From contig CAVSIV010000001.1 in assembly GCA_963728205.1 (NCBI GenBank), positions 544,001-608,000 of the forward strand: 64,000 nucleotides of DNA. The letters run 5' to 3'. How positions within the stretch are numbered: position 1 is the stretch's first letter; every line of letters starts with the position of its first letter. A program made the position numbers and the translations under genes. The notes under the pieces were generated by a model that was not told the origin of the DNA, searched no databases, and saw only the letters and a list, made by a program, of their open reading frames with translations. Origin of the DNA: an uncultured Chloroflexia bacterium (lineage in GTDB: Bacteria > Chloroflexota > Dehalococcoidia > UBA2979). Shown in pieces: positions 1 through 10,176 of this stretch.

Positions 1-185
1 AGGCGGCGGGCTTCCTCGACACGGTCACGGGCGCGCTCGACGTGATCGACGGGCTTGGCAACGTGCCCGATCTCGCCGACCCGACGCCCCCGCTGCACGG
101 CGCCGTCTCCGGCGTCACCGACGCGATGAGCGGCCTGGGCGACGCGCTCGGCCCGCTGCGCGACGTGTTCGGGAGCGACTCGTGA
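1..185 (+). CDS. 3' end of an upstream CIS-locus gene (partial; possibly a DNA-circularisation-N/tube-initiator-type protein)
   Basis: Frame 3 reads AAGFLDTVTGALDVIDGLGNVPDLADPTPPLHGAVSGVTDAMSGLGDALGPLRDVFGSDS to TGA at 183-185 with host-like GC3 codons. It is missing from the ORF track because its start lies outside the window. The family guess is from memory of similar loci. Confidence 0.6.
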   Translation, partial: AAGFLDTVTGALDVIDGLGNVPDLADPTPPLHGAVSGVTDAMSGLGDALGPLRDVFGSDS

Positions 186-222
186 TCGCCCCGGCGCGCC
201 GCACGCGCGGGAGGAGCCGCTG

Positions 223-3200
223 ATGCCGGACGGCACGCTCACGGTCAGCCTGAACGACCTGCAGGGGGCGCTGAGCGGGGTGGTCGGTCTGCTCGGCGAG
301 GCCGACGCGAGCGGCGGCGGGACGAAGTTCGCCGGCGCCGCGAACGTCGCGAGCGCCGCGCCCGGCGACCAGGTGCAGCAGTTCGGCGCCACCTTCACGG
401 CGCAGGCGCAGGGGGCGCTCAGCTTCGACCCCGGCGCGATCGACCAGGCGACGACGCTGCTGACCCAGCTGCAGTCGCAGCCGGGCGTGCCGACCGATGC
501 CCTCGATCACTTCGTGGAGCGGCTGACCACCGCCGGCGACGCCTTCGGCGGCGACCTCGTCGGACACATCGAGGGCGCGCTGACCGCGATCCGCGGGCTC
601 TCCGGCGGCATCCCGACCGATCGCACGGCGGTCGTGAGCGCCCTGCTCGATCAGATCCTCTCGGTGATCGGCGCGCTCGACGGCCCCGAGGCCGCGCAGA
701 TCCGCGCGTGGGCGCAGTCGGTGCAGGAGATGCTTCGCCTCGTCGGGCCGCTGATCGAGCAGGCGAGCGCCGCCGGCGACCCGTCGTCGATCGCGGTCGC
801 CGTCAGCCGGCGCGCGCTCGAGAGCGCGCTCGAGGTCTTCGGATTCCCGCAGGTGCAGCGCCTGCTCACGCTCTTCGACGAGTTCCCGCTGAACGCGCTG
901 CCGTCGGCCCAGCTCGACGCGACCGGCGGCGCGCTCACCACCGTCTCGGCCGGCTACACGGCGCTCGCCGGGCTGGCATCCGCCCCGTACCCGCAGTTCC
1001 GCGACCAGGCCGTGGCGCTTGCGGCCGACATGGAGGCGCTGCGCGTCGCGCTGCGGCCGGTGCTCGGCGGCATCCGCCGCGTCGCCGACGCGCCGATCCT
1101 GCAGCCGGGCGCGCTCGAGGCGTTCCTGCGCCAGCACATCGACGAGGCGCTCGGCGTCCAGGTCACCGAGGCGCAGCGCATCGACGACCCGTTCCAGGCG
1201 CTCTTCGACCGCATCGACGCCGCCATCGACGGCATCGACCTCTCGGCGGTGCGCGACTCGGTGCTCGGCTTCTTCGAGCAGACGCGCAGCGCGATCGAGC
1301 AGCTCGACGTCCCGTCGCTCGCCGACACGCTCGCGACGCAGCTCCAGGCCGTCGACGGGGTGATCGGGGATCTCGAGTCCGGCGTGACCGGGACGCTCGA
1401 CGAGGTGCGGTCGTTCTTCGACGACGCGACCGCGCAGGTGCACACGCTCGCCGAGCAGGTCGGCAGCTTTGCCGGCGACGGCAGCTTCCACTTCGACGCC
1501 GAGGCGCAGCTGCGCGGCGCGCTCGTCGCGGCGCGCACCGCGATCGGCGGCGATCCCGCGAACCCGTCGGCGCCGAGCGTGCGCGGCACGCTCGAGCAGT
1601 TCCGCGACACGCTCGACGGCTTCCTCGGCCAGATCAACACGCTCCTCGGCGGCGTCGCCGGCGAGATCGACGGCGTGCGCAGCGCCGCCGTCGACGGCGT
1701 GAACGCGTTCCGCGACTTCGTCACGGGCCTCGACCTGCCGGGCAAGGTCGAGACGCTGCGCGACCAGGTGCAGGCGATCCTCGACCAGCTCGGGCCGATC
1801 GACTTCTCGGCGGTGGTCGACCCGGTCGTCGAGGGCATCAACGACAACACCGGCAAGCTGCGCGACATCGACACGTCGTCGCTCAACGAGCTGCTGCGGC
1901 AGGCGCTCGCGGCGGCGCTCGACGTCGTGATCAGCATCGACTTCACCGCCGACATCAGCGCGCCGCTCGACGAGGAGTTCCAGGCCGCGAAGGACGCCGC
2001 CGCGCAGCCGGTGGCCGAGCTGCAGCGACGCTACGAGGACGCCGTCGCTCAGCTCGACCAGCTGAGCCCCACGCAGCTGCTGGAGGGGCTCTTCCACGCC
2101 TTCGACACGATCGACGCGGCCGTCGGATCGCTCGATCTCACGAATCTGCTCGCGCCGCTCGACGCGCTGCACACGCAGTACCTCGTCGATCCCGTCGCCG
2201 CCCTCAAGCCGTCGACGCTGCTCCAGCCCGTGGTCGACGCGCAGCGCGCGGTCGTCGACCAGTTCGCATCGATCGACCCCGCGGCGCTGATCGCGCCGTT
2301 GACCGGGCAGCTCGACGCGTTCAAGTCCCAGGTCGCCGCGTTCGACGTCGCGCAGCCGGTCGAGGACCTGCGGCAGGCGGTCGCGAAGGTGCGATCGGAC
2401 ATCGGCGACCTGCACCCGTCCGACCTGCTCCAGCCGCTCGTCGACGACTTCGCGCGGCTCGAGGGGCTGCTCGACCAGTTGAGCCCCTCGGTGCTGATGG
2501 CGCCGGCCGCGCAGCTCGCGACCCCGCTGCTCGCCCTGCTCGATCGTGCCGACGAGGCGCTGATCACGGCGCTCCACGACCTCTTCCAGGCGCCGCTCGC
2601 CGCGCTCGACCGGCTGCGCCCGAGCACGCTCGCGCAGGAGCTCTCCGACAAGCTGAACCAGGTGATCGCGGCGATCCGCGGCATGAACCTGGCGTCGCGC
2701 TTCAACCAGCTGAAGGGCGCCCACTTCGACCTCATGGCGTCGGTGCAGGCGGGCGGAAGCCAGGCGCACCTCGGGTTGGTGATGATCCTCGACCCGCAGC
2801 GGCAGCTCGGCGCGATCGTCGACGCGCACAACGCGCTGCTCACGCGGCTCGAGCAGATCCGGGACGCGCTCGTCTTCCCCGACCTCGAGCCGCTCTTCGA
2901 GCAGGTGCAGACGCGGATGCTCGCGATGCTCCCGCCCTATGCCCGCGAGCTGCTCGACCGGGACACGTTCCTGCGCGTGATGCGGCTCGCCGACCCGACG
3001 CGCTTCCTCGGCGAGCTCGACACGCGCTTCCAGGCGCTGAAGGACAAGCTGATCCCGATCCGACCCGCCGACATCGCGGCGGAGCTCGACGCGTCGTACA
3101 ACGCGCTGCTCGCGGTCGTCGACGGGCTCGACATCGACGCGGCGCTGGGTCGCATCACCGACACGCTGAACCGCATCAAGGGCGTCGTCGCCGGCGTGCG

Positions 3201-3654
3201 CATCGACTTCGTGGCCGGCGATCTGCAGCACGCGTTGGACGACCTGCGTGCGGTGCTCGCGGCGCTCGACATCTCGCCGCTGCTCGATGAGCTCGACGGC
3301 ATCCACGGCGAGGTCGTGTCGGTGGTCGAGGAGACGCGGCCGTCGACGCTGCTCTCGAGCCTCGGCGCCACGCTCGCGACGGTGCAGGGCATCGTCTCGA
3401 GCGTGAACCCGCGCACGGCGCTGGGCGGGCCGCTGTCCGACGCGTGGAGCGCGGTGGAGGACGCGCTCGCCGGCGTCGACTTCTCGGTGCTGCTGCAGCC
3501 GCTGATCGACAAGCTCGACGAGCTCGAGGCGGCGTTCCGCGCCGCGCTCCAGCGCGTCGAGTCGGCGTTCGACGCGATGCTCAGCGCCGGCCGCGGCGCG
3601 CTCGCCGGGGGCGGCGGCGCCGGTGCCGCCGCGGGGGCAGGGGTGTCGCTGTGA
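223..3654 (+). CDS. Large all-alpha repetitive protein, tape-measure-like component of the CIS
   Basis: 1143 aa, GAGGAG RBS at 211-216. Leu/Ala/Asp-rich amphipathic helices with recurring L-x-P-x-x-L-L-x-P-[LV] units. It lies upstream of the hub/spike genes. Confidence 0.6.
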   Translation: MPDGTLTVSLNDLQGALSGVVGLLGEADASGGGTKFAGAANVASAAPGDQVQQFGATFTAQAQGALSFDPGAIDQATTLLTQLQSQPGVPTDALDHFVERLTTAGDAFGGDLVGHIEGALTAIRGLSGGIPTDRTAVVSALLDQILSVIGALDGPEAAQIRAWAQSVQEMLRLVGPLIEQASAAGDPSSIAVAVSRRALESALEVFGFPQVQRLLTLFDEFPLNALPSAQLDATGGALTTVSAGYTALAGLASAPYPQFRDQAVALAADMEALRVALRPVLGGIRRVADAPILQPGALEAFLRQHIDEALGVQVTEAQRIDDPFQALFDRIDAAIDGIDLSAVRDSVLGFFEQTRSAIEQLDVPSLADTLATQLQAVDGVIGDLESGVTGTLDEVRSFFDDATAQVHTLAEQVGSFAGDGSFHFDAEAQLRGALVAARTAIGGDPANPSAPSVRGTLEQFRDTLDGFLGQINTLLGGVAGEIDGVRSAAVDGVNAFRDFVTGLDLPGKVETLRDQVQAILDQLGPIDFSAVVDPVVEGINDNTGKLRDIDTSSLNELLRQALAAALDVVISIDFTADISAPLDEEFQAAKDAAAQPVAELQRRYEDAVAQLDQLSPTQLLEGLFHAFDTIDAAVGSLDLTNLLAPLDALHTQYLVDPVAALKPSTLLQPVVDAQRAVVDQFASIDPAALIAPLTGQLDAFKSQVAAFDVAQPVEDLRQAVAKVRSDIGDLHPSDLLQPLVDDFARLEGLLDQLSPSVLMAPAAQLATPLLALLDRADEALITALHDLFQAPLAALDRLRPSTLAQELSDKLNQVIAAIRGMNLASRFNQLKGAHFDLMASVQAGGSQAHLGLVMILDPQRQLGAIVDAHNALLTRLEQIRDALVFPDLEPLFEQVQTRMLAMLPPYARELLDRDTFLRVMRLADPTRFLGELDTRFQALKDKLIPIRPADIAAELDASYNALLAVVDGLDIDAALGRITDTLNRIKGVVAGVRIDFVAGDLQHALDDLRAVLAALDISPLLDELDGIHGEVVSVVEETRPSTLLSSLGATLATVQGIVSSVNPRTALGGPLSDAWSAVEDALAGVDFSVLLQPLIDKLDELEAAFRAALQRVESAFDAMLSAGRGALAGGGGAGAAAGAGVSL

Positions 3655-3673
3655 TGTCGCGGGAGGTGCGCTC

Positions 3674-6600
3674 GTGGCTGACGTGACCACCACCGTGCAC
3701 GTGCGCGTGTCCGCGTTCGACCCCGCGCAGCGCGCGCTGATCCCCGTGCCCGGTGCCGGCGTGCTCGTGGAGGATCGCGGCTGGCTGTGGGACCCCGATC
3801 TCTCGACGGGCAGCGACACCACGGACGCGTCGGGGCTCGTCGCGATCCCCATCACCTACGACGACGCCGGCGCCGACAAGCTCAACCCGTACTTCACGGT
3901 GAGCGTCCCCGCGGGCGTGCGGTCGGTGCCGGCCGGCGCCGACGCCGATCACACGTTCACGCTGCCCGACGAGTGGCAGACCCGCCACTACGTGACGCGG
4001 CGCGCGCGCAACATCCTCGACCACGCCGATCCGGGCAGCCCGCTCGAGATCTTCGTCGGCCTCCCGGCTCACCTGCGCGTCGCCTACTCGGACTTCGACG
4101 CCTCCGGCCGGCGCAACCCGTTCGCGCTGCCCGAGCACACCGCGCGCGTCCACCTCGCGGACTACGACACCTTCCTCTTCATCGACTTCCTCAACCCGGA
4201 CGACACGCTCACGGGCGTCGGCTACGACATCCCGGGCGACCGCATCGTCCCGGCCGGCGATCACGACGCGTACCCGTACTGCGACCTCTGGCCGACGGCG
4301 CCCTGCGCGCTCGACGGCGACCCGGGCCCCGATCCGCGCGCCTGGACCGACCCGCCGCGCTCACCGGTCGGCACGCTCGGCGGCGGCAGCTTCGACGCCG
4401 TCGGGCCGGTCGCGGTCGACGGGCACGGGTTCGTGTTCATGGTCGACGGCGGCGTCGTGCGCCGCTTCTACCCCGACGGCACGCTCTGCGAGACGATCCC
4501 GGCGCCGCCGTCCGGCGCGTTCAGCACGCCCGGCGGGCTCGCGCTCGATCGGAACCGCACGCTTTTCGTCGCGGACACCGGCAACGATCGCGTCGTCGTC
4601 TACACGCCCGACTGGCTCGACGGCGGCAGCGGGCGCTACGTCCACCTCACCGACGTCGGCAGCACGGGCACCGGCCCCCGCCAGTTCGATCACCCGGCGG
4701 GCCTGTGCGTGGTGCCGAACCGCGTGGTCGACGGCGCCGAGCTGCTCGCGGTCGCGGACCCCGGGAACCATCGCGTGCAGGTCTTCGGCATCGACGTTCT
4801 CGGCGCCGACTCCTCCGCGTCCCTGCAGGCGCAGCGCGCATTCTCGGTCGGCCTCTCGTTCGTCACGCAGTTCGGCGCCGCCGGCTCGGGCGCCGGCCAG
4901 TTCCAGGAGCCGGTCGGCGTATCGGCCGATCGCGATCGACGGCTGTTCGTCTGCGACCGGCAGCTGCACCGCGTGTCGCGCTGGACGCCGAACGGGAGTG
5001 CGACCACCTACACGCACGACGTCGACTGGGAGAAGAGCGGCGGCGGCAGCGGCGGTGGAGACGGCGAGTTCGACACCCCCGAGGGGATCGCCGTCGACGT
5101 GAAGAACCGCACCGTGTACGTCGCGGAGTCGGGCAACGGGCGCGTGCAGCGGCTCGACGCCGACTCGGGTGCGCACCTCGTGCACTGGATCGACGCCGAC
5201 ATCGCGGCGCTGGCCGGCGCGCTGGTCCCGCGCGGCGTCGCGGCGGACGCGCGCGGCGACGTCTACGTCGCCGACGGCGGGAACGGCCGCGTGGTGCGCG
5301 CTACGCCATTCGACCTCGACGGCACCCCGCGCGCCGACGGCGACGCGCCGCGCGTCGTGGCCTCGCCGTGGACGCCGCGCACCGAGCCCGACCACATGCG
5401 CGGGCCGGCGTACGTCGCCTTCGCGCCCGACGGCGCGCTGTGGGTGTCGGACACCGGGAACGATCGCGTGCTCGTCTACGCCCTGCACGAGGCCGCCCCG
5501 CCGGACGCGCCGGTCGTGGTGACGGACGGGCTCGCGCAGCCGGCCGGCATCGCGTTCGCTCCGGACGGCGCCGCGTTCGTGGTCGACGCCGGCAACGACC
5601 GCGTGCTCCCGTTCGACGCGTCGCGGGCGCCGCAGACCGCGCTCGGCGCGTCGGGCTCGGGCGCCGGCCAGTTCAGCCACCCGGCCGGCGTCGCATATGC
5701 GCAGCGCGCGACGCCGCTCCTGCTCGTCGCCGACCGCGGGAACGATCGCGTGCAGGTGCTCCAGGCGGACGGCACGTTCCTCGCGCCGATCACCACCGAC
5801 GGCACCACGGCGCTCTCCGCGCCGGAGGACGTCGCGGTCAACGACGCCGGGCAGGTGTTCGTCGCCGACACGGCGAACGGCCGGATCGTCCGCTTCGCCC
5901 TGCAGGCGGACGGCACCACGGTATTCGAGCGCGCCTTCCCGGTGCCGTCTCGCGCGGTGCCGGTCGTCGCGCCGTCGCCGTCGGGGGTCGCGTGGGGGCC
6001 GGACGGGTTCCTGCTCGTCACCGACCGCGCGCAGGAGATGGTGTTCCGGCTCAGCGCCGACGGGGATCTCGACGCGCACTGGGACCTCCGCGCGCTGCTC
6101 GGCCTGAGCGCCGGCAGCGGCGGCGCCCCCGACGTCATCTACCGGCCGGAGCTGGCGCGCCAGGTGCTGCTGTCCGCGCCCGCGCGCGCGGTGCTCAACG
6201 ACCGCGGGGTGATGGCGATCGCCGACGCCGGCCACGACCGGGTGCGGCTCGTGCGCGTCTTCAGCGACATCCGTGTCGAGCTCTTCGACCTCGGCGAAGG
6301 GCTGCCCGACATCTCGCTGCGCGCGATCACGAAGAACGACTGGCGCGCCGATCTCGGGCTGGAGCTCAACGTCGGCGACGTCAGCATCTTCGACGAGTCC
6401 CAGGATTTCGAGACGGAGCCCGAGGACGATTTCTCGGGTGACCGCTACGAGCGGTGGGAGGTGATCCGCGAGCGCAACGGATCGAACGCCGCGATCAACG
6501 TGATGCGGCTCGTCCGGCTCGTCCAGACCTGGTACCGCGAGCAGACGCGGCAGGATGACGCGGATCACCGCTGGGGCACCTCCGATCACGCGCGCACGCT

Positions 6601-7882
6601 CAACGTCGACCTGATCGCGAGCGAGGGGAGCTACCAGTTCCTCGACGTGAACATGGGCGAGCGGTCGCCCGACGGGCGGGGCTCCGACGCGTGGGACGAT
6701 CCCGTGGTCGCGCACGAGATGACGCACTGGGTCTTCTTCAAGGCGCTCGAGCCGTACCCGCCGTTCACGCTCGTCGGTCTCATCGACATCGGCCACTCGC
6801 ACACCGCCTCCACCATCAGCTCGTTCAACCAGGCGCTGACCGAGGGCTGGGCGAACTACGTCGAGCTGTTCTGGGGTTCGGAGTTCAGCAGCACCGACCG
6901 CGTCCGCGGCTTCCCGATGGCGCCCGCGCAGGGACTGACCGGGCTCGTGCCGCGCAGCAGCACCGCGTGGCGGCATCTCTTCGGCGGCTCGACCGCCACG
7001 ACGCTGCCGTCGTTCGACGACCCGGAGCGCGGCCTCGAGAACGAGGGGTACTTCGCGAACACGCTCTACCAGCTGCACCGCGCGCTGACGGACCCGGGCG
7101 TCGTCTTCGCGGACTCTCCGGCCTACTGGCACCACTTCAACACGCACGTCACCGACGCCGCCTCCGAGCGCTACGCGAACACGATCTGGGAGGCGCTGCG
7201 GCGCTTCGACCCCGACCCGCCGACGGCGGATCTCGATCACGGAACGGCCGTCTACCTGCGCAACGTGCTTGCGCAGTTCCACGCGAAACAGTCGGCGTTC
7301 GCGGAAATCGCGCAGTCGATCTTCGCGCTCAACAACCAGCTGATGCCCCTCATCGCGATCACCGAGGGCACGTCGACCACGACGCCGGGGACCGCGATCG
7401 GCCCCACCGTGACGCTCGCACCCGGCGACACGCGCGACCTGATCATCCAGGTGACGGATGCCACCGGCGCCCCGCTCGCCGCGCACAACCTGCACCTGGT
7501 CGTGGGCGACACCGCGCGCTACGCGCTCGTCGGCGGGCCGCCCCCGATCCACCACGGTCGGCGTCGCCCCGCGAGCGCTCCGCCGAGCACGACGGACCTG
7601 TACCGCGCCACGAACGTCAACGGGATCGTCCGCGTGCAGTTCACGGCGCCCGCGTTGCCGAGTGGCGCGACGAGCCTGACCGACACGCTGCGCGTCGAAT
7701 ACCAGCCCGACTTCGACACCGATGCGACCTTCGATCCCCCGGAGAAGGGCGACGACCGCGAGACGACGCTGCGCCGCCTCTACCTCTACGAGCTGCGCGG
7801 TGCCGCGAAGACGTGGGCCGGCGCCGGTCAGAACTTCGGCGCCACGGTCTCGACCACGCTCACGTTCGAGGTGTCGTCGTGA
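3674..7882 (+). CDS. NHL-repeat beta-propeller protein with C-terminal gluzincin-type (HEXXH...E) metallopeptidase and Ig-like domain
   Basis: GTG start after GGAGG (3662-3666). Many F-x-x-P-x-G-[IV]-A...[VI]-A-D-x-G-N-x-R-V NHL repeats. HEMTH at 6713-6727 and ALTEGWANY at ~6833-6859. No signal peptide. Confidence 0.85.
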   Translation: MADVTTTVHVRVSAFDPAQRALIPVPGAGVLVEDRGWLWDPDLSTGSDTTDASGLVAIPITYDDAGADKLNPYFTVSVPAGVRSVPAGADADHTFTLPDEWQTRHYVTRRARNILDHADPGSPLEIFVGLPAHLRVAYSDFDASGRRNPFALPEHTARVHLADYDTFLFIDFLNPDDTLTGVGYDIPGDRIVPAGDHDAYPYCDLWPTAPCALDGDPGPDPRAWTDPPRSPVGTLGGGSFDAVGPVAVDGHGFVFMVDGGVVRRFYPDGTLCETIPAPPSGAFSTPGGLALDRNRTLFVADTGNDRVVVYTPDWLDGGSGRYVHLTDVGSTGTGPRQFDHPAGLCVVPNRVVDGAELLAVADPGNHRVQVFGIDVLGADSSASLQAQRAFSVGLSFVTQFGAAGSGAGQFQEPVGVSADRDRRLFVCDRQLHRVSRWTPNGSATTYTHDVDWEKSGGGSGGGDGEFDTPEGIAVDVKNRTVYVAESGNGRVQRLDADSGAHLVHWIDADIAALAGALVPRGVAADARGDVYVADGGNGRVVRATPFDLDGTPRADGDAPRVVASPWTPRTEPDHMRGPAYVAFAPDGALWVSDTGNDRVLVYALHEAAPPDAPVVVTDGLAQPAGIAFAPDGAAFVVDAGNDRVLPFDASRAPQTALGASGSGAGQFSHPAGVAYAQRATPLLLVADRGNDRVQVLQADGTFLAPITTDGTTALSAPEDVAVNDAGQVFVADTANGRIVRFALQADGTTVFERAFPVPSRAVPVVAPSPSGVAWGPDGFLLVTDRAQEMVFRLSADGDLDAHWDLRALLGLSAGSGGAPDVIYRPELARQVLLSAPARAVLNDRGVMAIADAGHDRVRLVRVFSDIRVELFDLGEGLPDISLRAITKNDWRADLGLELNVGDVSIFDESQDFETEPEDDFSGDRYERWEVIRERNGSNAAINVMRLVRLVQTWYREQTRQDDADHRWGTSDHARTLNVDLIASEGSYQFLDVNMGERSPDGRGSDAWDDPVVAHEMTHWVFFKALEPYPPFTLVGLIDIGHSHTASTISSFNQALTEGWANYVELFWGSEFSSTDRVRGFPMAPAQGLTGLVPRSSTAWRHLFGGSTATTLPSFDDPERGLENEGYFANTLYQLHRALTDPGVVFADSPAYWHHFNTHVTDAASERYANTIWEALRRFDPDPPTADLDHGTAVYLRNVLAQFHAKQSAFAEIAQSIFALNNQLMPLIAITEGTSTTTPGTAIGPTVTLAPGDTRDLIIQVTDATGAPLAAHNLHLVVGDTARYALVGGPPPIHHGRRRPASAPPSTTDLYRATNVNGIVRVQFTAPALPSGATSLTDTLRVEYQPDFDTDATFDPPEKGDDRETTLRRLYLYELRGAAKTWAGAGQNFGATVSTTLTFEVSS

Positions 7883-7967
7883 CCCCCTCGGCGCGGGAGG
7901 CGCGTGTGGCGCGTGTGGCGCGATCGATCACGCGACGGCGGACGGGCCGGGTGCGGGAGGTGGCCGC

Positions 7968-9089
7968 GTGGTAGGACTGCCCGGCCTCGGCAGCTCTGCG
8001 CCGCCCGCGGTGCGGCGCCCGGTGTTCGCCGTCGGCAGCGGCGGCGCGGGCGGCGGTGCGCTCGGCGGGCTGGCGTCGGCGGCCGGCCTGCCGGCGCCGG
8101 GCGGCGCCAATCCCTGGCAGCGCAGCCTCGTCGCGCTCGCGATCGACACGGCGCCCGCGCCCGCCGTCGACGTCGCCGAGCTCTGGCTCGCCGCCGACGC
8201 AGAGGCGCCGAGCGTCGCCGTCGGCGACGCTCTCGCGGTGTCGCTCGGCTACGAGGACGAGGGCGCGCCGACCACCGTCTTCACCGGTACGGTCGACGCC
8301 GTGCGCCGCTCGGTCGCCGGCGCGCAGCAGGTCACGCTGACGAACGCCGGCGCGCTGCTCGGCCGCACGCGGGTCAACCAGAGCTACACGCAGCAATCCG
8401 CCGGACAAATCGTGAGCGACCTCGCGACGCGCGCCGGCGTGGACACGGGCGGGGTCGAGGACGGCATCGAGCTGCCGTTCTTCGTCGTCGACGACCGGCG
8501 CACGATGCTGGTGCACCTCGCCGGGCTCGCGCGTCGCTCGGGCTACCTGCTGACGGTCGGCCCCGACGGCGCGCTCGCGTTCGGCCCCCCGGACGCGGGC
8601 TCGGCCGTGCAGACCTTCACCTACGGCGTCGACGTCGTGGCGTTCGACGCGAGCGAGCAGGCGCCGACAATCGGCGCCGTCACCGCCGTGGGCGAGGGGG
8701 CGGCCGGGAGCGAGGGCCAGGACGCGTGGAGCTGGACGGTGAGCGACGCCGCCGGCGCGAGCGGCAGCGCCGGCAGCGGCGATCCCGCGCGCCTGGTGGT
8801 GGACCGCGCGCTGCGCTCGGCCGCCGCCGCGCGCACCGCGGCCGCCGGCATCGCCGACGCCGCCGCGCGCGTGAGCACGCGCGGGCGGCTGCTCGTCCCG
8901 GGGGCCGCGGCCGTCACCGTGGGCCACACCGTCGGCGTTGCCGGCGCCCCGGTGGACGCGCTGAACGGCGACTGGATCGCGCTCGCGGTGCGGCACCGCT
9001 TCGACAAGCAGACGGGGTTCCGGACGGTGATCGAGGTCGGCAAGGCCGGCGGCGGCGGGGCGGCCGGGGCGCTGGGAGGGCTGCTGTGA
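7968..9089 (+). CDS. Phage late control D / baseplate hub (gp27/VgrG N-terminal-like) protein
   Basis: GTG after GGAGG (7956-7960). Contains VSLGYEDE, VFTGTVD, NQSYTQQSAGQIVSDLA and GDWIALAVRHRFDKQTGFRTVIE, typical of gpD-like hubs. Directly upstream of the spike gene. Confidence 0.85.
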   Translation: MVGLPGLGSSAPPAVRRPVFAVGSGGAGGGALGGLASAAGLPAPGGANPWQRSLVALAIDTAPAPAVDVAELWLAADAEAPSVAVGDALAVSLGYEDEGAPTTVFTGTVDAVRRSVAGAQQVTLTNAGALLGRTRVNQSYTQQSAGQIVSDLATRAGVDTGGVEDGIELPFFVVDDRRTMLVHLAGLARRSGYLLTVGPDGALAFGPPDAGSAVQTFTYGVDVVAFDASEQAPTIGAVTAVGEGAAGSEGQDAWSWTVSDAAGASGSAGSGDPARLVVDRALRSAAAARTAAAGIADAAARVSTRGRLLVPGAAAVTVGHTVGVAGAPVDALNGDWIALAVRHRFDKQTGFRTVIEVGKAGGGGAAGALGGLL

Positions 9090-9736
9090 CGACCCTCACG
9101 CTCTACGACACCATCCGCCGCATCGTGATGGAGGAGCTCGCCGGGCTGCGCGGCGCCGAGCTCGGCGTCGTCGAGGATCAGCATCCGCACGCGAGCGACT
9201 CGGACACCGACAACTACGCGTGCACCGTGCGGCTGCGCGACTCCGACATCGTCCTGCCGCACGTCCCCGTGGCGACGCAGCGCCTGGGCACGGTCGCGAT
9301 CCCCGCCGTCGGCGACCTCGTGCTCGTGCAGTTCCTCGCGGGCGACGTGAACGCGCCGGTGATCACGGGACGGCTCTACGACGAGAACACGCGCCCGCCG
9401 GTGAACGAGGACGGCCACGCGGTGATCCACCTGCCGCCCGGCGCGGGCGACGACGACGCGGTGCACGTCGACCTGCGCAGCGGCGACACGCGCGAGCTGG
9501 TCCTCAAGCTCGGCTCGGGGCTCTCGCTCACGCTGCGCGACGACGACCCGGTCGTCGAGCTGAGCGTCGACGGCGGCAAGGCGACCGTGAAGATCGATCG
9601 CGACGGCGCCGTGCAGGTGGAGAGCCAGGGCAAGCTCGGCCTGAAGGGCGACGACGTCAAGATCGAGGGCTCGAGCGTCAGCGTCGAGGCGTCGGGGGAG
9701 CTCAAGCTCAAGGGTTCGACGGTCAACATCAACTGA
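9086..9736 (+). CDS. Baseplate assembly protein V / gp5-like spike (OB-fold plus beta-helix)
   Basis: GTGA overlap with the hub stop. IPAVGDLVLVQFLAGDVNAPVITGRLY is the gp5 OB-fold signature. C-terminal beta-strand repeats end LKGSTVNIN. Confidence 0.9.
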   Translation: MTTLTLYDTIRRIVMEELAGLRGAELGVVEDQHPHASDSDTDNYACTVRLRDSDIVLPHVPVATQRLGTVAIPAVGDLVLVQFLAGDVNAPVITGRLYDENTRPPVNEDGHAVIHLPPGAGDDDAVHVDLRSGDTRELVLKLGSGLSLTLRDDDPVVELSVDGGKATVKIDRDGAVQVESQGKLGLKGDDVKIEGSSVSVEASGELKLKGSTVNIN

Positions 9737-9775
9737 CTGCGCGCGGCGCGACGCGCGCGGCGAGGGGAGACGGCG

Positions 9776-10171
9776 ATGGGGCAGCCGGCGGCGAAGCAAG
9801 GCGACCAGGTGATCGGCACCGACATTCATATCGTGATGATCCCGTCGCCCGGCGGCCCGGTGCCGACGCCGCTGCCGCACCCGTTCGCGGGACAGCTCGA
9901 CGGCAGCCTGAGCTCGGACGTCAACATCGAGGGCAAGCCGGCCGCGGTGGTGGGGAGCACCGCGACGAACAGCCCGTCGCACGTGCCGCAGGGCGGTCCG
10001 TTCCAGAAGCCGCCCGCGAACCAGGGCACGGTCCAGCTCGGGAGCATGACCGTGAACATCAACGGCAAGGGCGCGGCGCGCGCCGGCGACATGGCGATGA
10101 CCTGCAACGACCCGGCGGATGCGCCCGTCGGCAGCGTCATCGCCGCCGGCACCGTCATGATCGGGGGATAG
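9776..10171 (+). CDS. PAAR domain spike-tip protein
   Basis: Contains PAAKQGD, GKPAAVVGS and GKGAARAGD PAAR-type motifs, with His and Cys candidates for the metal site. Confidence 0.92.
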   Translation: MGQPAAKQGDQVIGTDIHIVMIPSPGGPVPTPLPHPFAGQLDGSLSSDVNIEGKPAAVVGSTATNSPSHVPQGGPFQKPPANQGTVQLGSMTVNINGKGAARAGDMAMTCNDPADAPVGSVIAAGTVMIGG

Positions 10172-10176
10172 GCAAG

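Noticed and set aside
115-7555. Very long minus-strand ORFs (115-3855, 4361-7555) and many Arg/Ala/Pro-rich alternative-frame ORFs across the window
   Set aside because: They are shadow frames of high-GC3 genes: low-complexity R/A/G/P translations, no motifs, and full overlap with well-supported genes.
7899-7922. Short tandem repeat GGCGCGTGT x2 plus GGCGCG in the intergenic gap
   Set aside because: Too short and GC-rich to distinguish from chance; no spacer structure.
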